From an uncultured Acidobacteriota bacterium (GTDB taxonomy: Bacteria > Acidobacteriota > Vicinamibacteria > Vicinamibacterales > UBA2999), in assembly GCA_963789815.1 (NCBI GenBank), contig CAWBMG010000011.1, forward strand, positions 63,128-127,127: a stretch of 64,000 nt of DNA. The letters are read 5' to 3'. Each line of letters starts with the position of its first letter. Within the stretch, counting starts at the first letter, position 1. Below are positions 56,420 through 64,000 of this stretch, in pieces. Position numbers and translations under genes: made by a program. Under the pieces are notes generated by a model. The model saw nothing but the letters and a program-made list of their open reading frames with translations. It had not been told where the DNA came from and did no database searches.

Positions 56420-58363
56420 ATGAACGAGATCACAGTCACACTACCCGACGGATCCAACCGTCGTGTGCCCGCGGGTTCGCCGGCGCGCGACGTTGCGGCG
56501 TCGATCTCTCCCCGGCTTGCCGAGGCCGCGCTCGCGGCGGTCGTTGGCGATCGGCTCGTGGATCTCTCGTACCCGCTGACCGAGGACACCTCGGTTCGCA
56601 TCGTCACCAACAAGAGTGCTGAAGCCCTGCTCCTCTATCGCCACAGCACAGCACATCTGCTCGCAGCCGCGGTGACGAACCTTTTTCAAGGCGTCCAGTG
56701 CGGCATTGGGCCACCGACCGAGGAGGGTTTCTTCTACGACTTCGTCGTGCCGCGCCCGTTCGTGCCCGAGGATCTCGAGGCTATCGAAGCGAAGATGCGC
56801 GACCTGGCCCAGCAAGATCTGCCCTACGAGCGTCAGATGTGGCCGCGAGAGGAAGCCAAGCGATTCTTCGGCAGCCGGGGCGAGTCACTGAAGGTGCAGC
56901 TCATCGAAGAGAAGACGGAGGGCCAGTCCGAAGTTTCCTGCTACACCATCAAGGACCGCGACACGTTCGTGGACTTCTGTGTCGGGCCGCATGTCCCATC
57001 CAGCGGGAAGCTCAAGGCGTTCAAGCTGCTCAGCACGTCGAACGCCTACTGGAAGGGCGATGCGCGCAATCAACCCATGCAGCGCGTGTACGGGACGGCG
57101 TTCTTCTCCGACAAGGAGTTGAAAGAGTACCTACACCGCATCGAGGAGGCAAAGGCCCGCGACCACCGGAAGATCGGCCGCGATCAGAAGCTCTTCATGT
57201 TCCACCCGTGGGCGCCGGGGGCCACGTTCTGGCTCCCGAAGGGCACGGTCCTCTACAACACGCTCGGCAATTACATGCGGGGTGTCGTCATATCGGCCGG
57301 CTACACGGAGGTCAAGGCACCGATCATCTTTAACAAATCTCTGTGGGAAACCTCTGGGCACTGGCAACACTACCGTCAGAACATGTTCATCGTCGATTCC
57401 GAGGATGAACAAATGGGCCTGAAGGCAATGAACTGCCCCGGGCACATGCTCATGTTCGCGAGCGAGGTCCGCAGCTACCGGGACCTGCCGATCCGGTATC
57501 ACGAGCAGACACCGCTCCACCGCAACGAGGCTTCGGGCGTGCTCTCGGGTCTGACCCGCGTCCGTCAGTTCTCGCAAGACGATGGCCATGCCTTCGTGAC
57601 GGAGTCGCAGATCGGGGAAGAAGTGGAGCGCGCACTACGACTGGTGCAAAAGGTCTACGCCGACTTCGGTCTGCGCTACGAAGTGAAGCTCTCGACGAGA
57701 CCGCAGGAGTTCCTGGGTGAGGCGGCGACCTGGGACCACGCGGAAGTATCTCTGAAGAAGGCTCTGGAGGCTGCGGCGCAGGTTTACACGATCAATGAAG
57801 GCGACGGGGCCTTCTACGGTCCGAAGATCGACTTCGACGTCACCGACGCCATTGGGCGCAAGTGGCAGTGCGCCACGATTCAGCTCGACTATCAGATCCC
57901 GCAGCGATTCGACCTCAAGTACGTGGGTGCCGACAACGCCGAGCATCGGCCGGTGGTCATTCATCGTGCAATTTTCGGCAGCTTCGAGCGCTTCGTGGCG
58001 CTCCTTATCGAGCATTTCGCCGGCGCCTGGCCGCTCTGGCTGGCGCCCGTACAGGTAGTGGTCCTCCCTATTTCGGACCGTCACCTCGAATACGCAGGGC
58101 GAGTTCGGGACCAACTTGGGGCAGCGGGCCTAAGGGTAGACCTGGATGACCGCCAGGAGAAGATTGGCTATAAGATCCGTGAAGCCCAGTTGCAGAAGAT
58201 TCCCTATATGCTCGTGACCGGTGACCGCGAGGCAGCCGAGGGTGGCGTGGCGGTCCGGAGCCGCACCGGTGGGGATTTGGGCGCACGGCCAGTGGCGGAG
58301 TTTCTGACCGCGGCGCTCGAGGAAATCGCGCGCAAGGAAGTCGGCTCAAGGCCTACGGCTTAA
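56420..58363 (+). CDS. thrS: threonine--tRNA ligase
   Basis: TGS domain N-terminus and class II motifs. The last residues (EVGSRPTA) are encoded by the GGCTCAAGG repeat. Confidence 0.95.
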   Translation: MNEITVTLPDGSNRRVPAGSPARDVAASISPRLAEAALAAVVGDRLVDLSYPLTEDTSVRIVTNKSAEALLLYRHSTAHLLAAAVTNLFQGVQCGIGPPTEEGFFYDFVVPRPFVPEDLEAIEAKMRDLAQQDLPYERQMWPREEAKRFFGSRGESLKVQLIEEKTEGQSEVSCYTIKDRDTFVDFCVGPHVPSSGKLKAFKLLSTSNAYWKGDARNQPMQRVYGTAFFSDKELKEYLHRIEEAKARDHRKIGRDQKLFMFHPWAPGATFWLPKGTVLYNTLGNYMRGVVISAGYTEVKAPIIFNKSLWETSGHWQHYRQNMFIVDSEDEQMGLKAMNCPGHMLMFASEVRSYRDLPIRYHEQTPLHRNEASGVLSGLTRVRQFSQDDGHAFVTESQIGEEVERALRLVQKVYADFGLRYEVKLSTRPQEFLGEAATWDHAEVSLKKALEAAAQVYTINEGDGAFYGPKIDFDVTDAIGRKWQCATIQLDYQIPQRFDLKYVGADNAEHRPVVIHRAIFGSFERFVALLIEHFAGAWPLWLAPVQVVVLPISDRHLEYAGRVRDQLGAAGLRVDLDDRQEKIGYKIREAQLQKIPYMLVTGDREAAEGGVAVRSRTGGDLGARPVAEFLTAALEEIARKEVGSRPTA

Positions 58364-58416
58364 GGCTCAGGACACGAGGTCCTGCCTTGAGCCCTAAGTC
58401 GTGAGCCCTGAGCCTT
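58343..58416. repeat. GGCTCA[AG]GG-word imperfect hairpin
   Basis: GGCTCAAGGCCTACGGCTTAAGGCTCAGG ... CCTGCCTTGAGCCCTAAGTCGTGAGCCCTGAGCC. It contains the thrS stop and ends at the infC SD. Confidence 0.85.
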
Positions 58417-58426
58417 AGGAGGATTT

Positions 58427-59032
58427 ATCGCTTTCGATCGTTCGCCCCGACGTGATGACCGTGTTCGAACCAACGAACGAATCCGTGTTCGAGAAATCCG
58501 AGTCATCGATGAGACTGGACAGCAACTCGGGATCATGCCGCCGCCGCAGGCGCTGGCGATCGCCCGTCAGAAGGGACTCGACCTGGTTGAGATCTCTCCG
58601 ACGGCCGTACCCCCTGTCTGTCGAATCATGGACTTCGGTAAGTATCAGTACCAGGAGCAGAAGCGAACGCGGGAGTCCAAGAAGAATCAGCGAGTGATCT
58701 TGGTCAAGGAGATCAAGTTTCGACCCAAGGTCGACGAGCACGACTACCAGTTCAAGAAGAAGCATATCGAGCGTTTCCTGGCTGACGGAGACAAGGTCAA
58801 AGCCACAATCTTCTTCCGCGGTCGAGAAATGGCGCATCCGGAGATCGGACGGCGCATCCTGGAACGGCTGCTCGGGGAACTGGCGGACGTCGCCATTGCC
58901 GAGACCAACCCGCGGCAGGAAGGCAACCAGATGCACGTGATCCTCGGCCAGCGTGCGGGACGCAAGAGCGCGCCGAAGTCGAAGCCGCAAGAAGCCATGG
59001 CCGAAGAAGAGGCCGCAACGACGGAAGAATAG
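58427..59032 (+). CDS. infC: translation initiation factor IF-3 (probable non-AUG start ATC)
   Basis: The in-frame upstream extension gives [23 protein letters not shown]..., the conserved IF-3 N-domain. The frame opens after a TGA at 58409-58411. AGGAGG at 58417-58422 lies just before ATC 58427. The ORF-track ATG at 58535 would truncate the N-domain. Confidence 0.8.
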   Translation: MAFDRSPRRDDRVRTNERIRVREIRVIDETGQQLGIMPPPQALAIARQKGLDLVEISPTAVPPVCRIMDFGKYQYQEQKRTRESKKNQRVILVKEIKFRPKVDEHDYQFKKKHIERFLADGDKVKATIFFRGREMAHPEIGRRILERLLGELADVAIAETNPRQEGNQMHVILGQRAGRKSAPKSKPQEAMAEEEAATTEE

Positions 59033-59230
59033 ATGCCAAAACTCAAGACGCACCGGGGCGCGGCCAAGCGCTTCAAGAAGACAGGAACGGGAAAGATCGT
59101 TCGGGCGAGCGCCTTCAAGCGCCACATCCTGACCAGCAAGACGACGAAGTCGAAACGCCACATGCGCGGCACGCGCGTGGTGGCCGATCAGGATGCCCCG
59201 AAGCTGCGCAGGATGTTGCCCTACAAGTGA
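59033..59230 (+). CDS. rpmI: 50S ribosomal protein L35
   Basis: [21 protein letters not shown]. Confidence 0.95.
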   Translation: MPKLKTHRGAAKRFKKTGTGKIVRASAFKRHILTSKTTKSKRHMRGTRVVADQDAPKLRRMLPYK

Positions 59231-59243
59231 TTCGTAGGGCACA

Positions 59244-59283
59244 GGTCAAAGGGCAATAGGCAGAGGTGAGGTGTAGGTAGGGC
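59244..59283. repeat. GGTCAAAGG/GGCAA-word array (same family as 12308 and 13500)
   Basis: GGTCAAAGGGCAATAGGCAGAGGTGAGGTGTAGGTAGGGC. It fills the rpmI-rplT spacer. Confidence 0.8.
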
Positions 59284-59284
59284 A

Positions 59285-59656
59285 ATGCCAAGAGTGAAAC
59301 GTGGGACGGTCCGCCGAGCGAAACGAAAGAAACTGCTCGCTCGTGCGAAGGGTTTTTATCAGACTAAGAGCAAGCTGTATCGCTCGGCGAAAGAGTCGGT
59401 CGACACGGCGGCAAAGTACGCGTACGTCGGCCGCAAGAACAAGAAACGTGAATACCGCAGGCTTTGGGTGGTCCGGATCAACGCCGCGGCCCGCCAGAAC
59501 GGCTTGACGTACTCGCAGCTCATACGCGGCCTGAAGGTGGCGGGCATCACGCTCGATCGGAAGATGCTGGCCGACATGGCCGTCACGCAGGCGGCGGCGT
59601 TCGCCAAGGTTGCCTCGCAGGCCAAGTCGGCGCTCCCCGCCGAGGCGCGCACCTAG
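59285..59656 (+). CDS. rplT: 50S ribosomal protein L20
   Basis: [18 protein letters not shown]. Confidence 0.95.
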   Translation: MPRVKRGTVRRAKRKKLLARAKGFYQTKSKLYRSAKESVDTAAKYAYVGRKNKKREYRRLWVVRINAAARQNGLTYSQLIRGLKVAGITLDRKMLADMAVTQAAAFAKVASQAKSALPAEART

Positions 59657-59668
59657 CACACCAGAAGC

Positions 59669-60745
59669 GTGTCAGAGATCGACGCGCTTCGAGCGCAGTT
59701 CCGCACTCGGTTGTCGGAGACGGCAACCGAAGCCGGCCTCAAGGCGCTCTACGACGAGTTTCTTAGCCGCAAGGCTGGAGTCGTGACGGGCCTCATGAAG
59801 ACGCTCGGCACGCTGCCGCCCGACGAGCGACGGTCTTTCGGCGCCCTCGTCAACGAACTCAAGACCGAGATCGAGACAACCGTCGAAGAGAAGCGCGTGG
59901 CGCTGGAGGCCTCCCGGCCTCCGGTCGGCGCTGTGGATGTCACGCTGCCTGGCCGTGAGCGCCCCGCCGGCCGCATTCATCCGCTGATGCGCGTCCGGCA
60001 ACAGGTCGAGGACGTCTTCACGGCCATGGGCTACGAGATTCTCGAAGGCCCAGAGGTCGAAGACGACTTCCACAACTTCGAAGCCCTCAACATGCCGCCG
60101 GATCACCCTGCCCGCGACATGCAAGACACACTGTATCTTGGCGCACCCATCGTCGGCGGCACGTGGGGCGCCCACAGAGGGCGACTTCCAGACGCCCAGG
60201 TACGCGCGGCCACGCTTCTCCGCACGCACACGTCGGCGATGCAAATCCGGTACATGAAGACCTACAAGCCGCCCGTGCGGATCATCGTGCCCGGACGTGT
60301 GTACCGTCGAGACAATCTGGACCTCACGCATACACCGATGTTCCAGCAGTTCGAAGGGCTCGTCGTCGGCGAACGAATCTCCCTCGCCGATCTGAAGGGC
60401 ACGTTTCAGGCGATGCTCACAGCGCTCTTCGGCGACGTGCGAGTACGCCTGCGACCAAGCTTCTTCCCCTACACTGAGCCCAGCGCCGAAGTGGACATGA
60501 GCTGCCAGGGCTGCGGCGGCTCGGGCTGCAGCGTGTGCAAGCAGACCGGCTGGGTCGAAATCCTCGGCAGTGGGATGGTGCATCCGGCGGTGTTCGAAGC
60601 AGTTGGCTACGACCCAGAGACTGTCACTGGGTTTGCGTTCGGAATGGGCCTCGAGCGCGTCGCCATGCGGAAGTACGGCGTGGACGATATCCGCTTGTTC
60701 TACGAAAACGACCTCCGCTTCCTCGATCAGTTTCCGCCGCTGTGA
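59669..60745 (+). CDS. pheS: phenylalanine--tRNA ligase alpha subunit
   Basis: Class II motifs (HPARDMQDT, FRRD-like VYRRD, GMGLERVAM). GTG start. Confidence 0.95.
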   Translation: MSEIDALRAQFRTRLSETATEAGLKALYDEFLSRKAGVVTGLMKTLGTLPPDERRSFGALVNELKTEIETTVEEKRVALEASRPPVGAVDVTLPGRERPAGRIHPLMRVRQQVEDVFTAMGYEILEGPEVEDDFHNFEALNMPPDHPARDMQDTLYLGAPIVGGTWGAHRGRLPDAQVRAATLLRTHTSAMQIRYMKTYKPPVRIIVPGRVYRRDNLDLTHTPMFQQFEGLVVGERISLADLKGTFQAMLTALFGDVRVRLRPSFFPYTEPSAEVDMSCQGCGGSGCSVCKQTGWVEILGSGMVHPAVFEAVGYDPETVTGFAFGMGLERVAMRKYGVDDIRLFYENDLRFLDQFPPL

Positions 60746-62811
60746 AGGTTCTGCTTTCCTGGCTCCGTGACTTCGTGGACGCCCCCGGCACGCCGGATGA
60801 CATTGCAGCGTTGATGTCCGTGCGCGGGTTTGCGGTTGAAGGCATAGAGCCCGCCCCCGGAGGCGACGCGGTGATCGACTTCGAGGTGATGGCTAATCGC
60901 CCCGACTGCATGTCGGTGAGCGGAATGGCGCGAGAAGTCGCCGCCGCGTTTGGACTTCAGGTCCGACGGCCCACCGTTGGTGGGCGCCCGCCGAGCGACG
61001 GACCATCCCTGCACCTGACGTCGCTGAAGAGCGTCGACACGTCAGACATCGACATCGTCATCGAGAACCCGGAACTCTGCCCTCGCTACGCCGGCGCGAT
61101 CGCCGACGTTGTGGTCGGAGCCTCACCCGAATGGCTGCAAGCGCGACTGCGCTCAACAGGTGTCCGCCCGATCAGCAATATCGTCGACGTCACCGCCTAC
61201 GTGATGCTGGAACTGGGACAGCCGATGCACGCCTTCGACTTCACTACCCTCGCGCGAGCGCAGATCCGAGTCCGGACAGCAAGACCCAAGGAAACATTGC
61301 GGACGCTTGACGGACAGGTTCGTGAGTTGACAGACCAGATGCTGGTCATCGCCGACGGCGAACGAGCATCGGCCATTGCTGGCGTGATGGGGGGCGCCGA
61401 CTCTGAGGTCACCGCGGCCACCACCACCATCCTGCTCGAGAGTGCGTACTTCAATCCCCTGTCGGTGCGCCGAACGAGCAAGAGGCTCGGCCTGAAGACC
61501 GAAGCCAGCATGCGGTTCGAGCGCGGCTCCGACCCGCGCCTCCCTCTCACGGCGATGGAGCGCGCCTGCGCCCTGCTCGAGGCAATCGGCGCGGGACGCT
61601 CCAGGGGGACCGTCGTCGATCGGTATCCAGCGCGTATCGACCCGGTCATGCTGCGATTGCGCCGCGAAAAGATCGCAGGGCTTCTGGGGCTGAACGTACC
61701 AGATGCGGATGTGTCGCGAATCCTCGAGGCACTCGGGTTCGCGCTTCGCGAAGCAGAGGGTGGATGGGACGTCACCGTTCCCACACGCCGGGTGGATGTC
61801 GTTCGCGAAGTGGATCTCATCGAAGAAGTCGCTCGACATTACGGCTTCGATCGTGTCCCCGCCACGTTCCCGGCGCTCGTCGCGGCGCCGCCCCCGGTCG
61901 ACCCGCGAATCACACGCACGCGGCAGCTCCGCACGGTGATGACGAGCGCGGGTTTCTCCGAAGCGGTGACCTTCGGGTTCATGCCAGAGCCCGCCGCCGC
62001 ACGATTTGCTGCCGACAGCGACCTGGTGCCGATCGCGAACCCGCTCTCCGAGAACTTTGCGGTCCTTCGGCCTTCAGCGCTGCCCGGACTCCTCGACGCA
62101 GTCGCGCACAACCGACGACGCGAGCAACGTGACGTTCGTCTCTTCGAGGTCGGGGCGTGTTTTTCGCGTTCTGCCGGCGAACGCCGTGCGCTCGCCTGTG
62201 CCTGGACTGGGAGCGCGAGCGGACAACACTGGAGCGGCCCGAGTCTTGACGTGGACTTCTTCGACATGAAGGCAGTCGTGGAACGTGTCTGCCAATGCAT
62301 GCGCCTGGACGTTCACACTGCACCCCATCGAGAGGCCTGGCTTGTGCCGGGCCGAACCGCGGCGATTCTCACCAACGGAAACCGGATTGGTGTCCTCGGC
62401 CTTCTCGCGCCTCAAATGGCGGAGCATCGCGGCCTACCTGAGGGAGACGCCGTCTATGTGGCCGAGATCGACCTCGATGCGGCTGAAGCCGCCTCGGCCA
62501 AGGGCGACATCCAGGTCGAGCCGCTACCCCGCTACCCATCGGTCACGCGCGACGTCTCAATTCTCGTGGACGATGCGCTACTGGCTGTTGAGGTTCGCGG
62601 CACAATTCGCACCGCCGCGCCATCGACACTCGTGCTCGTGCGTGAGTTCGACCGTTATCAGGGCAAGGGCGTTCCGGAAGGCAAAGTAAGCCTCTCGCTC
62701 CGGCTGACGTTCAGGTCTCCTGACCGAACGCTCACCGACGGAGAGGTGCAGAGCGCAATGGAGAGTGTGCTCTCGGCGCTCAAGGAACGCCACGGGGCCA
62801 TTCAACGATGA
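60742..62811 (+). CDS. pheT: phenylalanine--tRNA ligase beta subunit (short form, no B2 tRNA-binding OB domain)
   Basis: VKVLLSWLRDFVD start at a GTG overlapping the pheS stop (GTGA). B3/4, B5 and FDX-ACB regions are present. Confidence 0.9.
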   Translation: MKVLLSWLRDFVDAPGTPDDIAALMSVRGFAVEGIEPAPGGDAVIDFEVMANRPDCMSVSGMAREVAAAFGLQVRRPTVGGRPPSDGPSLHLTSLKSVDTSDIDIVIENPELCPRYAGAIADVVVGASPEWLQARLRSTGVRPISNIVDVTAYVMLELGQPMHAFDFTTLARAQIRVRTARPKETLRTLDGQVRELTDQMLVIADGERASAIAGVMGGADSEVTAATTTILLESAYFNPLSVRRTSKRLGLKTEASMRFERGSDPRLPLTAMERACALLEAIGAGRSRGTVVDRYPARIDPVMLRLRREKIAGLLGLNVPDADVSRILEALGFALREAEGGWDVTVPTRRVDVVREVDLIEEVARHYGFDRVPATFPALVAAPPPVDPRITRTRQLRTVMTSAGFSEAVTFGFMPEPAAARFAADSDLVPIANPLSENFAVLRPSALPGLLDAVAHNRRREQRDVRLFEVGACFSRSAGERRALACAWTGSASGQHWSGPSLDVDFFDMKAVVERVCQCMRLDVHTAPHREAWLVPGRTAAILTNGNRIGVLGLLAPQMAEHRGLPEGDAVYVAEIDLDAAEAASAKGDIQVEPLPRYPSVTRDVSILVDDALLAVEVRGTIRTAAPSTLVLVREFDRYQGKGVPEGKVSLSLRLTFRSPDRTLTDGEVQSAMESVLSALKERHGAIQR

Positions 62812-62939
62812 CCGCGAGCCAGCTCTTTGCCTTGGGAGTTGGCCTTTTGAAAAATGGAACTCCGAACTGCTTGCCAGTCGGCGCAGTTCGTGGCACCATT
62901 CACGCCGCACCCACTCTCCCACGACGAGGATCCTAGCGG

Positions 62940-63221
62940 ATGGCAAAAACGGCGTTGGCGCGAACAACCGACCTCGATCCGATCGATCGGCTCGAGGACA
63001 AAGTGAAGCTACTCGTGGGCATGGTCACGCAGCTTCGATCGGAACAAGCTCAAGCGGCCGAAGAGCATACGCGGCTCCGGCAGGAAATTCAGACCCTGCG
63101 CGGCCGACTTGCGGACGCGGAAGGCGCGGGCAGCGAATTGGCGGCGTTGCGCGACGAACGAAACGTCATTCGCGATCGCGTCACCGAAATGCTGCACCAG
63201 ATTGAGCATTTGAGCCTGTAA
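62940..63221 (+). CDS. ZapB-like coiled-coil cell-division protein
   Basis: 93-aa all-helical heptad sequence (LEDKVKLLVGMVTQLRSEQ...) immediately upstream of zapA. Confidence 0.55.
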   Translation: MAKTALARTTDLDPIDRLEDKVKLLVGMVTQLRSEQAQAAEEHTRLRQEIQTLRGRLADAEGAGSELAALRDERNVIRDRVTEMLHQIEHLSL

Positions 63222-63242
63222 GACATCCACTCTTGCGCCCGG

Positions 63243-63557
63243 ATGAGCCACAGCATCGTCACCGTCGAGATCGCGGGGCAACGCTACCCGATCCGCAGCT
63301 TGCTCGATGCGACATACGTCACCGAGTTGGCGGCGTATGTGGACGAAAAGATGCGGGCCGCGGCTGACGCCGCCCCGACCAGTGACATGATGGGCTTGGC
63401 GGTGCTCGTGGCGCTGAACCTCGCCGACGAATGCTTCCGCGCCCGGCAGCAGCATTCCTCCACCAACGGCGAATTCAACGAACGAGCCCTCCGTCTCGAG
63501 CGCCTCGTGGATGATGTGCTGGGCTCGCTGCAGGCGGCCAAGGCCGGCAGCCTGTAG
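63243..63557 (+). CDS. zapA: cell division protein ZapA
   Basis: VTVEIAGQRYPIRS...YVTELAAYVDEKM...LAVLVALNLADE. Confidence 0.8.
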   Translation: MSHSIVTVEIAGQRYPIRSLLDATYVTELAAYVDEKMRAAADAAPTSDMMGLAVLVALNLADECFRARQQHSSTNGEFNERALRLERLVDDVLGSLQAAKAGSL

Positions 63558-63634
63558 TTGCTCAGTTTTCCTCGATAGTTCATCGATTCGGCAAATCACC
63601 GATCCGTGAATCGGTCCAGTTACGATAGAATCCC

Positions 63635-63825
63635 CCTTGCTCCTGCTTTGCTCGTGATGGTTTTCGGAGGCTCGTCTGAGCCAACGTAACAACTAAGTGA
63701 GCCGCGAGGTCGGGCGTTGTGCATGCCTCTGTTCTGAGGAAGCCTGAAGCGCGACTGATAACAGCGGTTCCACCTGCTTTCGCAGGTTCATTCGACCTCC
63801 CCACACGGCAAAGCGGGGCGTTAAC
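63635..63825 (+). ncRNA. ssrS: probable 6S RNA
   Basis: Located directly after zapA, as in E. coli. The closing stem pairs CCTGCTTTGCTCGTG (63642-63656) with CACACGGCAAAGCGGGG (63802-63818). A second helix pairs GGAGG(C)TCG with CGACCTCC. CUGAGCC and GAGGAAGCCUGAAGCGCGAC resemble E. coli 6S segments. Ends are approximate. Confidence 0.6.
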
Positions 63826-63899
63826 TCTTCCGCCCCTGCTTCTTCGTCGGGGCGCGTGACGCGGTCGGTGGCAATTGGCCTGACGCTGGCCGGTCTATC

Positions 63900-64000
63900 T
63901 TGCAAAGTCTCACTGTAGGTGATCTCGGCGAGCGTGAACTGATCGCGCGAATCACGGCCAAGCTGGGGGTGCCCTCGTGGGTGGTCGTTGGCCCCGGGGA
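63900..64000 (+). CDS. thiL: thiamine-monophosphate kinase-like (ThiL/PurM superfamily), N-terminal fragment running off the window
   Basis: Own translation: ...GDLGERELIARITAKLGVPSWVVVGPGD, matching the ThiL N-terminal pattern (GE.ELI.RI....V.GPGDD). Start is uncertain (TTG at 63900). Confidence 0.45.
   Translation, partial: MQSLTVGDLGERELIARITAKLGVPSWVVVGPG

Noticed and set aside
12308-58416. Possibility that the tandem repeats are CRISPR arrays
   Set aside because: Units are 7-9 nt with no unique spacers. Arrays are 35-155 nt long and no cas genes are present.
1-64000. Mobile genetic element, prophage or defence island
   Set aside because: No integrase, transposase, phage structural, restriction-modification, toxin-antitoxin or other defence-type motifs turned up in any frame I examined. 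Gene order is classical housekeeping synteny (thrS-infC-rpmI-rplT-pheST, gatCA, xseAB-ispA).

Overview
GC-rich bacterial chromosomal segment. Gene content (a CarboxypepD_reg/Oar-type TonB receptor, many secreted metalloenzymes) suggests an Acidobacteriota-like soil organism, but this is inference only. I support about 60 protein genes, one tRNA-Val(GAC) and a probable 6S RNA. Most genes are housekeeping: Ser/Thr kinase; DUF885; PQQ dehydrogenase-NHL-HupE cluster; queG; acnA; lpxB and lpxD; two M16 peptidases; gatCA; surE; rpoZ; hsp20-dnaK plus a second hsp20; ymdB-xseA-xseB-ispA-tlyA-nadK; mltG-ruvX; an EnvC-like/S41 pair; HU; thrS-infC-rpmI-rplT-pheST; zapB-like-zapA-6S. I found no transposase, integrase, CRISPR array, prophage or recognisable defence genes, so I cannot point to a novel protein-encoded system. 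Three things stand out. (1) At least 20 gene junctions carry low-complexity elements built from tandem 7-9-nt G-rich words (GGGGGAAG, GGGAGTT, GGCAAAGG/GGTCAAAGG, GGCTCAAGG/GAGCCCT, GGCTCATGG, GGAAAAGT, GGTTCTTGG). These are usually arranged as a word arm plus its reverse-complement arm, forming long imperfect hairpins. They supply stop codons, C-terminal tails, start codons and Shine-Dalgarno sequences to neighbouring genes; one sits in frame inside an M16 peptidase ORF, and one pair flanks a decayed four-helix-bundle (23S IVS-type) gene. (2) Eight otherwise conserved genes are broken by single-nucleotide frame changes (HupE-like, acnA, an OMP, PAP2, AMMECR1, an HMBD protein, surE, ispA). This points to assembly indels or unusual pseudogenisation. 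(3) An S41 Ctp homologue has both catalytic residues replaced and lies next to an EnvC-like protein with a degenerate LytM domain. All coordinates come from hand reading and translation. Gene starts are less certain than stops, and no database search was possible.
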